Below are positions 42,561-60,043 of a stretch of DNA of 64,000 bases, piece by piece (positions within the stretch are counted from its first letter, which is position 1; the number at the start of each line of letters is the position of its first letter). The stretch is from contig OZ024749.1 of NCBI GenBank assembly GCA_964016885.1, positions 3,534,001-3,598,000 on the forward strand, read 5' to 3'. The translations under genes and the position numbers were made by a program. The notes beneath the pieces are model-generated. The model was not told the origin of the DNA. It did no database searches and saw only the letters and a program-made list of their open reading frames with translations. The stretch is from Eledone cirrhosa. Lineage: Eukaryota.

Positions 42561-44559
42561 TTTAGACACTACTGCCTACCCACCCAGCCAGTGGAATGGC
42601 GTCATCGTATGGCTAAAACACCACCGTGCTGTGACTAGCGGCGCCGAATGGCGCCCGACAGACTGGTCGGTCAAGGTGATCAAGGTGATATATATATGTA
42701 TATATATAAAGACAGAGAGAGACAAAATAAAAGTAATGATAAACGATAAACAAAACGGAAAACAACATCTAAATATGATGATAACCTATTCTGCTGTCAT
42801 AAATACTGTTCAAGTTTCTCGCTAACTGAAAATAGAAAGGTTAACTTAAAAAATGTGTTTTAAGTGTTGTAATTTCCCTTCTCTTCTGAGGCCTCTCCTA
42901 AATTGTTGCATTGCGTTTCACGCATGAGACGTGAGATGGTGAAGACAGAAATGGAAAAGCGATGTAACCAATAAAGTCAACATTCCTAATTAGCAATTCA
43001 AAATTATCAGTTAATGTCAGGATGATGTTTGCTATAATATTGTGTTCTCCGTGCATCTGTTTAACGTTAGTATGAGAGTAAATACTGGAAATGATGGTAA
43101 AAGAGAGGTGGGTAGTACATCTTCCCTGGCATAGTTGCTTCAATAGATATGTTTATGTTTATGAGATACAATACATAACCCAGCTCAAAATAAACCGATT
43201 AGGTATGATTTATAATGAAAGTTCCCCTCCAATGTGCCATTATACGTAACCTCGTTTCTGGAAGACCAAGTGCCAATATGCATGCATGATTCTTTCCTCT
43301 AAACCACCGATAATTTCTTAGAGAAATATAATGGACGATACATCCTGTAACCATTAACGTCACATGTGAACTCGGAAGAACAACGTTCTGTGTTGATAAT
43401 ACATCATACCAGAGTACGCGACGTGCAGCAATTCTACCAATCCAACAATAGTTCCTTATTCATTAAAAGACGAAATGTAACGTTGGTCTCGGCGGGTGTT
43501 GACCTCATAGCGCGAGACACGGATGAAATACCATGAAACTTTTTAATTAGAATTTCTTTTCAATCTCAACTTCGACGACGTAATGAATTAATGTTATTTT
43601 CGAATGAAGGCTTGTGCCTTTGATATTAGAAGGATGATCTCACAATCATGAGCTCGATAGTTTCATTTCCGGAATGGGAAATACATTGTGTCCTTCACTA
43701 AGACACTTTGTTTTAGATGAAATTTGTGCCAAGCTGTGTCTACATTTGGGATTCCCAAGGACAGCCTTCGTAGCGTTGGAATAAGAAACTGGTACGAATG
43801 GTCACCTGTTGGTATTCTACAAAATCAACTTGCTCAGACTTGTGCATCTAGGATGGATGTATTTCTAGTTGTACGCACGTGATTATTTTTTACTACGTCT
43901 GAACACAATATGTAATCATATGAAAGTAAATTGCAGCTGATACTGCAGCGCAGCATTACATGAAGCGACTGAAGGAACACTTGTCCAAGAGACCGTATCT
44001 GGCCGAGTGTGGAATTAGAAATATTAGTGGATATAATATTATGAACTGACATCACCCTAACAAGTGGATATACAGATTTCTCATCTAATTTCGCTGAAGC
44101 TCAGAGAGTCACGCTGCTAAATATATTGGCTCGTTTAATTGCTTTAACTGTAACATCACTCAAAGGAATATGTTTCTATTTTGGAAAATATCCTATTAAT
44201 AACAATTAAATATTCTCTTCAAACATCTGCGATGTTTCAGCTCTGATATTTCATAGTAGGGAAACAAAACAGTATACTAACACAACACATAACATTTTCA
44301 CACATATTGATAATAAAAAAAAGTAAGCTGAACATCTAGACAACACTGACATTATCAGGATCGGTAATGAAAGCGATATGCAACCGATGTGAGCGTCATT
44401 AATTCTTATAACAATGATTATATACATTAGATTGGAATCGCTTGTAAAATTAAGCTACGTTTTACGTCAACCATTAAATGCGTTTATTTTAATTTCGTGG
44501 GGCTTCTATATGTTTCAAATATCTGAAATAAAATGGTTATGATTAATGCTCTTGCTGTT

Positions 44560-44880
44560 ATTGTTGGTGGTGGTGGTGGTGTTATTAGTGTTGGTGGTGT
44601 TGATTATGTTGGTGATATTAGAGGTACTGGTAGTGTTGGCTGTTTTGGTGGTGTCAATGATATTGGCGTTGTTAATGTCAGTGGTGATGGTGGTGTTGAC
44701 TGTGTTGGTGATAGTAGTAGTATTAGAGGTATTAGTGGTGTTAATGATGTTGGTGTTGTTAGTGTTAGCGGTGATGGTGGTGATATTGTGAGTGTTATGG
44801 GTGTTGGTGTTATTGCGATTGTTATTGTTAGTGGTGATGGTGATGTTGGTTATGTTGGTGGTAATAGTGGTAGTGTGATG
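44560..44880. repeat. Low-complexity GGT/GTT/GAT trinucleotide-rich tract
   Basis: Directly visible; explains the Gly/Val and Leu/Val ORFs. Confidence 0.9.
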
Positions 44881-45817
44881 TTGCTTTGAACTGACGTATC
44901 ATCAAATACATTGCAGCTATAAACATCGAATCGCTGTTAACCTGCTAAGCAGTGTACCGAGAAATATATGAATTTGTGTATTTTCCTTTATTTTAGACAC
45001 TATGGCGTGATTTGTGGCTAACGTTTCTGGCAAGCTAGTAGTATGAACAAATTATACTCTCTCTACTCGGTTTAGTGGACACAGCGGTTCTGAATGGTCG
45101 AGATCAACTCGCAGTAATTAGGTCCAGGGCTAGATCCAAGTATATTTTTGGGGCAAAGAACGTTTACATGAGCATCGGGTTGACCCATGTCTAATGAATG
45201 CAATTTGGTAGAAGGAAACTATTTCAAAGCTCGACGGTTTAACTACATCTAATATTCAATGGGCCACGGTCATCTGTCAAGTTGAATCTCCCTGAATATT
45301 AAGTTAAATTTACACGTACTCTAGACTGCTTTGTCACCTATGAGTAAATTACTAGCGGCTGGGCCTACTATTGTTCAAATAGGTGGAACATAGATCCGCG
45401 AAAGAGAAGAACATATATTCCGTCTGCTGTGTAGTGAATTCTTTCAAAGACAAGTGTGAAAAGCTATGAAAATATAACCATTCGTTTCAAACATTCCTTA
45501 CCAAATATTCACGGCAAAATATTCTTCCACGTGCAAGCGAATCATAGAATAAACCGGTATTCAATCAAAGCCGGTATTCCAGAAATCTCCCCCAAAGACA
45601 GCGTATCACTTTTCTACACAATTTCGAGTGCAATGTATATACAATGGCGGATTAATTGCTAATTTTACTTCCCGTTCTAAATACTTTATCAAAAGCAAGA
45701 AAAATACAAGGCAACCAAGTAGTAAAGTCGATGGTATCGACAGAAGTATGTAACATGTACACCAGTCTCGACCTTCGGCGGATCAATAGCAAATTTGGTC
45801 CCTCCTTTACTTCCAGC

Positions 45818-45857
<40 letters not shown>

Positions 45858-45862
<5 letters not shown>

Positions 45863-46057
45863 AACCATCTGGTTGTGGAACCAACCAACCAACCGGAAAT
45901 TTATAAATTCCTAAATGTATAAATGTATTATAATAAATTGAAGTGAAACGCTGGTGCGTGTGTTTCTTATTGGCAACATGACCCTCCCAAAGTATAACGA
46001 TATCAGTTTCAACACACATTTTGAGATACAGAATCTTGCTAAACAAATTCAGAAACG

Positions 46058-46060
<3 letters not shown>
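45858..46060 (+). repeat. TA-flanked dispersed repeat; partial copies at 50321-50461 (-) and 50675-50795 (+)
   Basis: Shared cttattggcaacatgaccctcccaaagtataac...caaattcagaaacgaaa. Confidence 0.85.
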
Positions 46061-46094
<34 letters not shown>

Positions 46095-46122
46095 CATATG
46101 ATTGTATATATATATATATATG

Positions 46123-48655
<2,533 letters not shown>

Positions 48656-49374
48656 CATAAAAAGGAATGTTTATATATTTTTATTACATATCGTCAATAG
48701 AAATGTTAAATTTTACAATATATTTTCTAAACATATAATTACGTTTAACAGCTGTCCCTTGTTAACATCCAGTATCATACCTGTCATTTCACCACACTAA
48801 CATGACCAATATTATATGTTCAATTAACACACTGAAAGCAAATATGAATGACAGATACAACTTATCTAAAACAATAGTTAATCAGAAACAACTCGAACAT
48901 AGCGTTGAAATTGCTGAACAGTTTGTAAATTAACAACGACATAAATTTTGACATATATGTCAAATAAATACATATAAGCGAAAATAAAAACACTGTTTAA
49001 ATTATTGATGTCTATTGTATTATATAGACAGATAACGTCATTGCTACATGTTAAACTGTTATGAATCGTTCTGGTTTTGAATACCATGATTCAGTAAAAT
49101 ATACTGTTTGTTTTATAAGAATATTACATATGTTTTTGGTGTCATTAAGTTGGTTTAGATGTTAGGTCAAATAAAGACAGTTCAGAAACGAATTACTGAC
49201 TTATACAAACATCATCTCTTCCATAATATCGGGAAATTCTGAGAATATAGTGTTTCTTGAACTGTAGCTTGAACTGTTTTGTAAGCTGTGCAAATCTGCT
49301 TCCTTACCGTTTACCTACATCATTATGGATATTCTAACGTAATTATATATATATTTACTAGGGCGGCTGAAATT

Positions 49375-49780
49375 CCCGAGATCCGTGGACAATTCTCCCC
49401 ATCAGTCTCTGTCTTTCATTATCGCTGCCATGTCCTGCGTCTCCAACAGACCAGTGTCGGTCCTGAGGGCATCAACATACGTTAACCTTGGTCTTCCTCT
49501 TCCAGTGCGTCCATGTAGGGGCTCCCCAGGAGCACTGAGTGCAGTATCAAATCTGGATGTCGGTGAGCTTGTCCAGCTAACCTCAATCTCCTCTGTGTCA
49601 CTTTCGAGCTGACTTTTGGGAGGCTCCTATACAGCTCTGAGTTTGTCATCCTTAGTGTATACGAATCAATGTTCAGTGGCATCCTCAGCATTCTCCTGTA
49701 GCACCCATCCCCCATCTGAGTGAGTTTCTTGGTCAGTGTCCAAGTCTCAAAACTCTACAGCAGCATAGATTCCACTGCTG
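49375..49780 (-). mobile_element. RTE-type LINE 3' fragment
   Basis: ETWTLTKKL..DGCYRRMLRM.LNI...TNSELY..LPKVSSKVTQRRLRLAG..HRH....GRGRPRLTYVDAL. Confidence 0.8.
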
Positions 49781-49828
49781 CATATTATATATAAATATAT
49801 AATACCCCAAGTATCGTGTATTATTGGT

Positions 49829-49883
<55 letters not shown>

Positions 49884-49928
49884 AAAATGCAAAGTAGTTT
49901 CAGATGTTAAAGTCCTTTAAAGATACGT

Positions 49929-50112
49929 GTTTCTACTGTTGGCACAAGGCCAGCAATTATCCAGTGTATTACTGGTACTTTATTTTATCGACTCCGTAAG
50001 AATGAAAGGCAAAGTTAACCTTGGCAGGATTTGAAATTAGATTGGCAAGGACTGTAACTCGATGCGAAAAAGCATGGCGTCCGAACCTCTGCCGATACTG
50101 CCAATCCACCGC
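49929..50112 (-). mobile_element. S1 SINE
   Basis: Reverse-complement match to the other S1 copies. Confidence 0.88.
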
Positions 50113-50279
50113 CTACAAGATAATGATGTCATACATAGTTCAATGACAACAGTGGCCACCCTCTTCGATGTACCCAGTGCCGTGACATCATCTGACAAGG
50201 AGCGGACGAAGGACTCAAGAACACCTGCTTTGTCAGTTCCCTTGTCAATTCAATTTGGATTACCTCGGGAACATAACCT

Positions 50280-50325
<46 letters not shown>

Positions 50326-50469
50326 ATACTTTGGGAGGGTCATGTTGCCAATAAGAGACACACGCACCAGTTGCTTTCACTTCAATTTATTATATATTTA
50401 TAAATTTATAAACTTATAAATTTCTGGTTGGTTGGTTGGTTCCACAACCAAATAGTTGTTTATATATAT

Positions 50470-50514
50470 AGTCATAGTCCTTTCGTCACACACTCTGTGA
50501 CCTCTTCAGTGACT
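50470..50514 (-). ncRNA. Minimal type I hammerhead abutting (TA)n
   Basis: Minus strand AGTCA-CTGAAGA-G-GTCACA-GAGTG-TGTGAC-GAAA-GGAC-TA-TGACT. Confidence 0.78.
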
Positions 50515-50792
50515 GGGGATTCCTTTCTTCGTTTCTGTGCCTTTCCTTTCTTCTATTCTACGCCATTTTGTTTCTGTGTGTGTGTTGTGTGCTCAGTTTG
50601 CGCATGCGCCACATCCGGGTGTCTGTGTGTGTTTGTGTTCATTTATCTATTTGTTTAATTATTTATTTATTTATTGTTGGTTGGTTGTTTGTTCTATGTT
50701 CTTATTGGCAACATGACTCTCCCAAAGTATAACAATATCGGTTTCAACACACGATTTCAGATAAAGAATCTTGCTAAACAAATTCAGAAACG

Positions 50793-50844
<52 letters not shown>

Positions 50845-51380
50845 TAAAATATGTAACCAAACACTTATACACATCATAATTTACACGTTCATCCTTTGGA
50901 CATTTACAATAATAAATTAGCATATTTTGAGCTGATGTAACATTTTTCACCTACACCTTTCCAGTTTTTATATCTGAGAACGAATTCTATATCTATGGAT
51001 GTACGTATTGTATATTGAATAACATACCGGATGTTTATGGACACACTTGAAGGCTTTGCGCTATGGAATTTAAAGGCTGTGGCAACTGTCACGAACACAG
51101 CCTATGCAACTACAGGGAGGAAGTAATCGATGCGTTTGTCGCTTATTAGTGGTTATCGAGACTAAATATATCCCCACCTTGGTTAATGTAAAATTGAATC
51201 CTATAGATTTCAGCATGCTTATGGGCTGATGAAACTCGTTGGCACACGGAGTGTTAGCTGGAAAGGCTTAAATTAACAATTTGTATTGATATTCCTCGTG
51301 CTTAAGTGTGTGTCACAACCTCAGAAGTCCAGAGCAAAAAGCCTCCACTTGTATGTTAATATATATATATATGCATACGC

Positions 51381-51436
<56 letters not shown>

Positions 51437-51440
<4 letters not shown>

Positions 51441-52573
51441 AGGAGGTTATAGTACTCAAACTGAACGGATACACGACATCCACCACAAACCGTGCCAGAA
51501 AGAACAGAGGACACCACACCCGAGGCACTAACACTTGCTTCCTGAAGCTCCCACACTTCAGTGAAGAAACAACAACAGCCATCCGCAGAGCCATCAGACG
51601 AGAGGGTCTGGATATTCAACTGGCCCACTCGGATCCTTCTTTGCGCGGACAGCTGGCTAAGAGACACTCCACCAGACATGACAACTGCTGCAGACTAGCC
51701 AACTGCCCCATCAACGACACAGACCTATGCCACCAGGCTTACGTAGTATACAGACTAGAGTGTGACAAATGCAACAACTTCTACGTAGGTAGCACCACCA
51801 GACCTCTCCACATAAGAATAAAAGAACACCTCAATACTAACGCTTCCTCATTTAAGAAACACCTAGTTAAATGCAAAAACACCGATAAAAACATAACAGT
51901 TAGGATAGAAACTAAGGAAAGAAACCTCGGCAATCTTAGAATTAAGGAAGCACTTATTATAGATAGAACACATCCACCAATCAATAATAGACGAGAGCTC
52001 AACACCCAATTTATAAGCTGATAGGGCCTCTAGCCCCATTTTTACACACCCCACACACACGCACGGGCACACCTCCACTTATTCTCTCTCACACATACAC
52101 ACACAAAACCAGTTCTAACACCAGATAACACCTACCCCCCACTTTTACGATTAGACCTATCTTCCCACACTCACACACACACACCCACATACCTACACCT
52201 TCATGCATTCTCCAACACACATATACAGGCATGCATATAAAATAAAAAAATAAAAAAACAATAACAAAAACAAAACATAAACAAACACCTCTTAAAGGGA
52301 GACTACTCTTTATCCACCTAATTTTAATTATTTGATATTAAAGTTAGAACAGATACTCTATACTATTTCCGGTCAGCATGGCTTCATTAGAGATTTAAAG
52401 ACGCTGGTTTGAGACCTTTACTTCCCTCCGAAGAAGAGATATTATCTCGAAAATTAAGGACATTTAAATAAATTCAAGGTGAAAGACGAATTCACATCAA
52501 TATCTTTCACTATTGCATTCTTTTTTCTATGTCCATATCTGCATTGTCTTGGCCTTATTACACATATTCTAAC

Positions 52574-52575
<2 letters not shown>
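51437..52575 (+). mobile_element. 5'-truncated PLE: linker plus GIY-YIG endonuclease with CxxC (ORF to 52021), UTR and HHR
   Basis: LKLNGY, FLKLPHFSE, CCRLANCPIN..LC..VVYRLECDKCNNFYVGSTTRPLHIRIKEH...IKEALII...PPINNRRE; (TA)n on both sides. Confidence 0.9.
52425..52459 (+). ncRNA. Minimal type I hammerhead
   Basis: CCT-CCGAAGA-A-GAGAT-ATT-ATCTC-GAAA-AT-TA-AGG. Confidence 0.72.
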
Positions 52576-52842
<267 letters not shown>

Positions 52843-52863
52843 ATATATATATATAGATATATA

Positions 52864-52911
<48 letters not shown>

Positions 52912-54022
52912 TATATAGACATATATATATAGATATAGGTATAGATATAGATATACAAACAAGCAACTATAGAGATGCGGATTAAAATCATGATCTCTAC
53001 TTATTTTAGAAATGAATCATTTGTGATATGTCTGGAATATCTAAATTACAATATACAGATGTTAATTGAAATAGCTTAGCATTTAATGATATTTTAATTG
53101 TATATTAATTATATTGTATTTTGATTGTTTAAGCGATTTGACATGTTACAATCTAGACATAGACATAGATATAATCTAGAGTGGTAATCTTTTATCAACC
53201 TGGAAAACGTTGACAAATGTTGTTGGCACACATGTAACATGTAGAATTATTATTATATAAGTGATATTCTTATGCAAGAAAATGAAAACATCAAAATTGT
53301 GTGTTGTTTCACAGCATGATGGTGGTGTTGGGACGAATGTGTAACATAGATATATCTACTATTCATAACAGTCAATTATTTCACATATAAATCTATTTTC
53401 TTATATAAAGTTACCTACATATTCGGATAGAGATGATCCATAAACAAGTTTTATTGGGGGAGTTATATTATGTCTACAGGTGCCAGTTGTAGATAATCGA
53501 CTTAGGGGATCAGGAGTGACATATTTAAATGTCACACATAGTATGAACAGCAGTAGTAACATGTATTCATGTGGTGAGCAGAATCAGCATGTATATAATA
53601 CATCAATGATGGCGGCAGTAAAAGCTGCCGCAACAACGCAATGACTGCTACTTTGCGTATCGTGTTGCAAGCGTACGTGCGAGGCCTCCATATTGATGAT
53701 AAATATGTCTCTAATCATACATATAGGAGGCTCTACAAACGGATATGGAAACTGCCCTTCGTAGGACTCCTTGTATTAGGGGGAACATGGAAAATAAAAT
53801 GTGTGAATTCAACAACATAAATGAAACCGGAATCGACATGAGGAACGATGGAATCTATATTGGTTTCACTTAATATATTTTAAAATAAATTGTGATATGA
53901 TTATATCATATTTCGGATATGTTAAAATTTTTTAAAACCAGGAATCAATATATAATAGATAGTATATAATATCCGAATGTACGAAGAATTAGTAAATTGT
54001 AATATACTTATTCTTAATGTAA

Positions 54023-54170
<148 letters not shown>

Positions 54171-54430
54171 TTATCACTTAATGGCTATCACTTATTTTTT
54201 TATCATTTATTTTGTTTTGACCTGTTTGGCTTGATTTGGTTTTTCGCTTGGGTGGTTAACGCTTTCTTGACCCCCTTTTCAGTTCTGTATGGCTTCTTAA
54301 CATATTGTTTAGCTCTGGTTTTTAACTATTGAGCACTTCGCCAGTAACATTTCTGATTTTTGCGTTTCGCTTCGCCTTTCCTGCCCGCCGAAATTCAATT
54401 CTCGCTGAATCTTTATTTGTATATATATAT

Positions 54431-54507
<77 letters not shown>

Positions 54508-54511
54508 TATC

Positions 54512-54695
54512 AGATAGGGTGTGGTAGAAACCTGCTAGACCATAACCCACTAGAGTACTCGATAGTTGGGGTTGTAGAGTGGGGAATATAGAAAGATTCA
54601 AGAAACCGACGGTTGAGCTCTAGCCGTGTTGACAGCTAGACTCGAACTCGGTTCTAGCTGTCGAAACGGCTGGAGCTCAGCCATGAGGGTCATAA
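54512..54695 (-). mobile_element. Fold-back family P, diverged subfamily copy 5
   Basis: gacggttgagctctagccg...gacagctaga...tctagctgtcgaaacggctggagctcagcc. Confidence 0.7.
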
Positions 54696-54704
54696 ATCAG
54701 TTCA

Positions 54705-54785
<81 letters not shown>

Positions 54786-54870
54786 CTCTCTCTCTCTATC
54801 TATCTATCCCTCTATCTATCTCTCTATATATCTATCTATCTATCTATCTATCTATCTCTCTCTATCTATA
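54705..54870. repeat. (TATC)n microsatellite
   Basis: Directly visible. Confidence 0.95.
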
Positions 54871-55497
54871 TATATATACATGTGTGTGTATGTTTGTATG
54901 TATGTGTGTCTGTCTGTGAGAGTGCGTGCTTGTGTAAGTGTGTGCAAAGATGTGCATTAGTGAGAGTGCGTAAATGTGATTGTATACTTGGTAGCTGCAG
55001 GAAAAAATAAATAACAAATTATGTTTTGTGTAAGTATTTATTTCTATTAAGGTTTTCAATTGCTGGTTAGTAATATACACATCCGTCCAAAAACTGAAAG
55101 TTCCGATAACTTAAACCAATTATATGTTTATAAATATATTTCAAATAAAATTATAAATTACTAAAATCTTTTACAGAATTATATAATTATCAGACGTACA
55201 CACTCAACATACTTCACATACACACACAGACACACACATAGACACACACATAGACACACACTGACACACACATATACACACACATACACACACATATACA
55301 TACACATGGAGACACACATAGACACACACTGACACACACATATACACACACATACACACACATATACATACACATGGACACACACAGACACACACATATA
55401 TATATATACGTTCAAACGTTGACATACAACAATCAGGTTTGTATGAATTATAGATCTGAGTTTCTGACGTACGTATATAATTAAATAAATAAATAAA

Positions 55498-55535
<38 letters not shown>

Positions 55536-55799
55536 GTATTATATATACTGAAGAGATGTGTGTGTATGAAACGAATGAAGAAAATAACGTATAGACGAAT
55601 GATATAAAATAATTTTAAAGTAGAAATGGTTTACTGTCTAACTATTTATTACTTCTAGAAAGTTTCCAAACCTTCTATAAACGAGGTAGTTATGTTTTTG
55701 CATTCATTATTACATTTTAAAAGAAATATATTTTATGAAGTAAAATATCCAATACACATGCACAAATACACAGAACACAAACACACACAAAAACACACA

Positions 55800-55847
<48 letters not shown>

Positions 55848-55993
55848 CATATATACGTTTCTATAAATATGTAAATATATGTGCATATCTCTGTATATAT
55901 GTACATATATATATACATATATATATTTATATACATACATATATATATATATATTTATACCATAGAAAATATGCTGATACATATATATCTTTA

Positions 55994-56083
<90 letters not shown>

Positions 56084-56168
56084 CATACATATATATATAT
56101 ATATATATATTTATACAATAGAAAATATGCTGAAACATATATATGTTTATGCATATATATGTTTATGC

Positions 56169-56201
<33 letters not shown>

Positions 56202-56748
56202 TATATATAAACGAAATGCTTGAGAACACAATATTACCAAAACTATCAAAATTGCTTCCGGCATATCTATAGATATATGCAACATTTCAATGACTGACTT
56301 TCATTAAATTCACAAATATTATTCATCATCTAATAGCAAGTAAATACGCCGAGTATAATTTAATAAACATTTTCATAAATGTGTTGAATTATTTTGAGGA
56401 ATACAATACATGTTTCTTAAAACTTCATTTAACTATTAGCAAGTTCGTTTAATATATATTTTAATACACAGTCATATACGCATACATTTAGAGGCACGCA
56501 ATCACACATTCACTCACACACACACATACCATCACACACCCATACAAACCTACAATCACACACACACAATCACAGACACACACATATATTGCTGTAGATT
56601 TATATTTTTATTCTTTTCTTCCTTTATCTTTTTTTTTCTGTTTATTCTATATATATATATTTTATTAACTTCATACGTTTAGTAGCCAATCACCGTTGTC
56701 ATATATAATCAAATTTCATATCGACTCTGCAGAGTTTCTGGTACCCAG

Positions 56749-56821
<73 letters not shown>

Positions 56822-56841
56822 TCATATATATTGGTACCCAG

Positions 56842-56888
<47 letters not shown>

Positions 56889-57084
56889 TCATATATATTT
56901 ATTTTATGAGTGGGTGAGTGGATATTTGCCGTAAATATGTTCATGTGTCCCTAGGCTCTACTATTAATTCTGAACGAATTAGTTCATTGCTCAAGGTAAA
57001 GAACGTCTCGGAATTATTACAAATGTTCTTTATTTAGAACTATGTGGACTGAGGATACAGAATTATTGGAATTCATATTACCAC

Positions 57085-57584
57085 CTTCGGATTTCGTGCC
57101 AAACCTTACCCGTGGTCATGAATCTTGGGTAATGGACGAACAAATACGATCGCGAATTCAAATGGGCTTACTCCGAAGTGTCTTGGAGTGACGTTATGCG
57201 ATTTAATGTGTAACTCGCAGATCAAAGTGTCACTCCAGGTTCAGCCGCTACTTCTCCGAATTCAGAGATCACAGATCCGATACGATGGGCATGTGTGGTT
57301 AAAATGTCACATGAAAAAATTGCTGGACACATTTTACGGGCAAAATCAAACGGCAATTGACCCAGGGGTAGACCCTGAGAAAGATGGTGGGATAACATCC
57401 ATGAGCTTGGCTGGTCTCGCTTGGGGATCCAGCCGGATCAGTTGGAGACGGTTGCTTGTGACAGGATCCGCTGGAAGGAAGGGTTTGAAGACTCTGCCTG
57501 GACGACTTTATGAGTAATAAGTGGGCGCAGAAGAAGAAGAAGAAGAAGAAGAAGAAGAAGAAGAAGAAGAAGAAGAAGAAGAAG
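57085..57584 (+). mobile_element. RTE LINE 3' fragment with (GAA)n tail
   Basis: GHESWVM...LGVTL.D...N..I...LQVQPLLLRIQRSQIRY.GHV...PRGRP..RWWDNI...DRIRWK; (GAA)n at 57529-57584. Confidence 0.85.
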
Positions 57585-57819
57585 ACCGCAGCGGGGAAAT
57601 TAACAAATATTTCTAACCCCTTATTTCAAGGGATATCTAGTATTTCCAAAGAGTATTTTCCTCGTCAATTAGAATTTAACAAATAAACATCTAGTCATAC
57701 ATTCGTCTACTTGACTTAAACGTTGCAGAGTTATCTGTTCCTTTTAAACAGTGCAAGTGTGTGACACGCACATGCGGCTGAATGTAAGTCTGTTTGTGTG
57801 TGTGCCTGTGAGTGTGTGC

Positions 57820-58474
<655 letters not shown>

Positions 58475-59096
58475 AGTGTGTAGGTGAGAATGTGTCTGAG
58501 TGTTGTATCTTCATCGATTCCATTTTTTTTATTTACCAATCAATTAACTCCTATAAGTGGTGAGACAATCTATATTTCTTACGGAAATTGAACCTCACAT
58601 ATGGTGTGACAACGCTGATCCACGGAAAGACAGTCTCCACTGGATGGACTTCAGTAAAGGGAAATGGAATGTCTTACTCAAGGATACATTACACATTGGC
58701 AATTGAACTGCCGATCTTACATTCGAGAGCAGAAGATATAGGAGATCTTAAGTAGTTTATACATCTATATCGTCGTGGTTGTATCTTTCAAAGGGCGGAT
58801 GGCTGGGAATGGTAAAACAGTAAAAGAGTATATCAACCTGGAAATGACAAATTAAGAATTCGAACAATATATCTACCAACAAGAAAACATGTCTGGCGAA
58901 ATGTGCTTATATCTGCGTGCCGATGTGTGTATGTGTTTGTGTGTGTGTGTGTGTATGTGTGTGTGTGTGTGTACGTGTGTATGTGTGTGTGTGTGGGTGT
59001 GGGTGTGTGTTTGAATGTATGTTTTGTGTGGGTGTTTATAAATGTATACCGGTTTCGATTCACAGAGCAGTTAGTAGGGAATTTGAGGCCAGTAAT

Positions 59097-59290
59097 ATTG
59101 TTTCTACTTTTGGCACAAGGCCAGCAATTATCCCAGTGTATTACTGGTACTTTATTTTATCGACCCCGCAAGGATGAACGGCAAAATTAACCTCGGCGGG
59201 ATTTGAAATCAGATGATAAAGGACCGTCATTGTTTGGTGCAAAGCATAGCGTCTGACCCTCTCCCCATACTGCGATACAGCTAATACACT
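59097..59290 (-). mobile_element. S1 SINE
   Basis: Reverse-complement match; TSD-like gccagtaata..ttgttt flanks. Confidence 0.85.
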
Positions 59291-59521
59291 GCCAGTAATA
59301 ATATTGTTTATATGTATCAGTTTTCACATTAGTTATCTTCACTGTGGCGACTATATTTTCATATACATGCATACACACTTACATACAAATAAAGACATAA
59401 ACATACATACGCACACAAACAAACGCACACATACATATATATATATATGTGTTTTCATTGGTCAATTTTGTTCCCAAACGGACCTGAAATTTTGAATTGT
59501 TGTTATTATCAATAAATATAC

Positions 59522-59675
59522 TTCATTATTTCTGAAGACGGCGTATATATGTGTTGGTATGTATATTTAATCTTGATAGTTTGTATAATTTTGTATAATT
59601 TTGTACATAGATCTGTTGAATATGCATGCCAATTCTAACACATATATACCCTAGAAACGATCGTTAAATAATGAA
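59522..59675 (+). ncRNA. Minimal type I hammerhead with 10-bp stem I and ~115-nt stem II
   Basis: TTCATTATTT-CTGAAGA-...GTATATATGTGTTGG.../...CTAACACATATATAC...-GAAA-CGATCG-TT-AAATAATGAA. Confidence 0.75.
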
Positions 59676-59694
59676 CTTTTTTTGTTTAATATAA

Positions 59695-59748
59695 GTTGTT
59701 AATTCACTGGGGAACTGGAGTCATCCAGTTCCCCAGTGAATTAACAAC
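59695..59748. repeat. Perfect 25-bp hairpin
   Basis: GTTGTTAATTCACTGGGGAACTGGA-GTCA-TCCAGTTCCCCAGTGAATTAACAAC. Confidence 0.95.
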
Positions 59749-59833
59749 CCAACAAGGAACTGGGCATATCAGAGTATTGACAATATCATACACCTAAACA
59801 ACATATGTACTTGTCTATACCATACTAATTCAA

Positions 59834-59888
59834 ACTGCCTGAAGAGGTCACAGCCAAAGATGGCTGTCACTGAAATATATATAGCAGT
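59834..59888 (+). ncRNA. Minimal type I hammerhead
   Basis: ACTGC-CTGAAGA-GGTCACAGCC-AAAGAT-GGCTGTCACT-GAAA-TATATA-TA-GCAGT. Confidence 0.85.
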
Positions 59889-59932
59889 AATAAACGAAGC
59901 TAAATTTTAATCATTTGACTTTTAGTTAACTT

Positions 59933-60002
<70 letters not shown>

Positions 60003-60003
60003 T

Positions 60004-60040
<37 letters not shown>

Positions 60041-60043
<3 letters not shown>

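Noticed and set aside
43834-44055. 73-aa minus-strand ORF in unique sequence
   Set aside because: No recognisable homology; length compatible with chance
44533-44889. Gly/Val-rich 118-aa ORF
   Set aside because: Low-complexity trinucleotide tract; no splice or domain evidence
51224-51275. CTGATGA-AACTC...GAGT motif
   Set aside because: No GAAA directly after stem II
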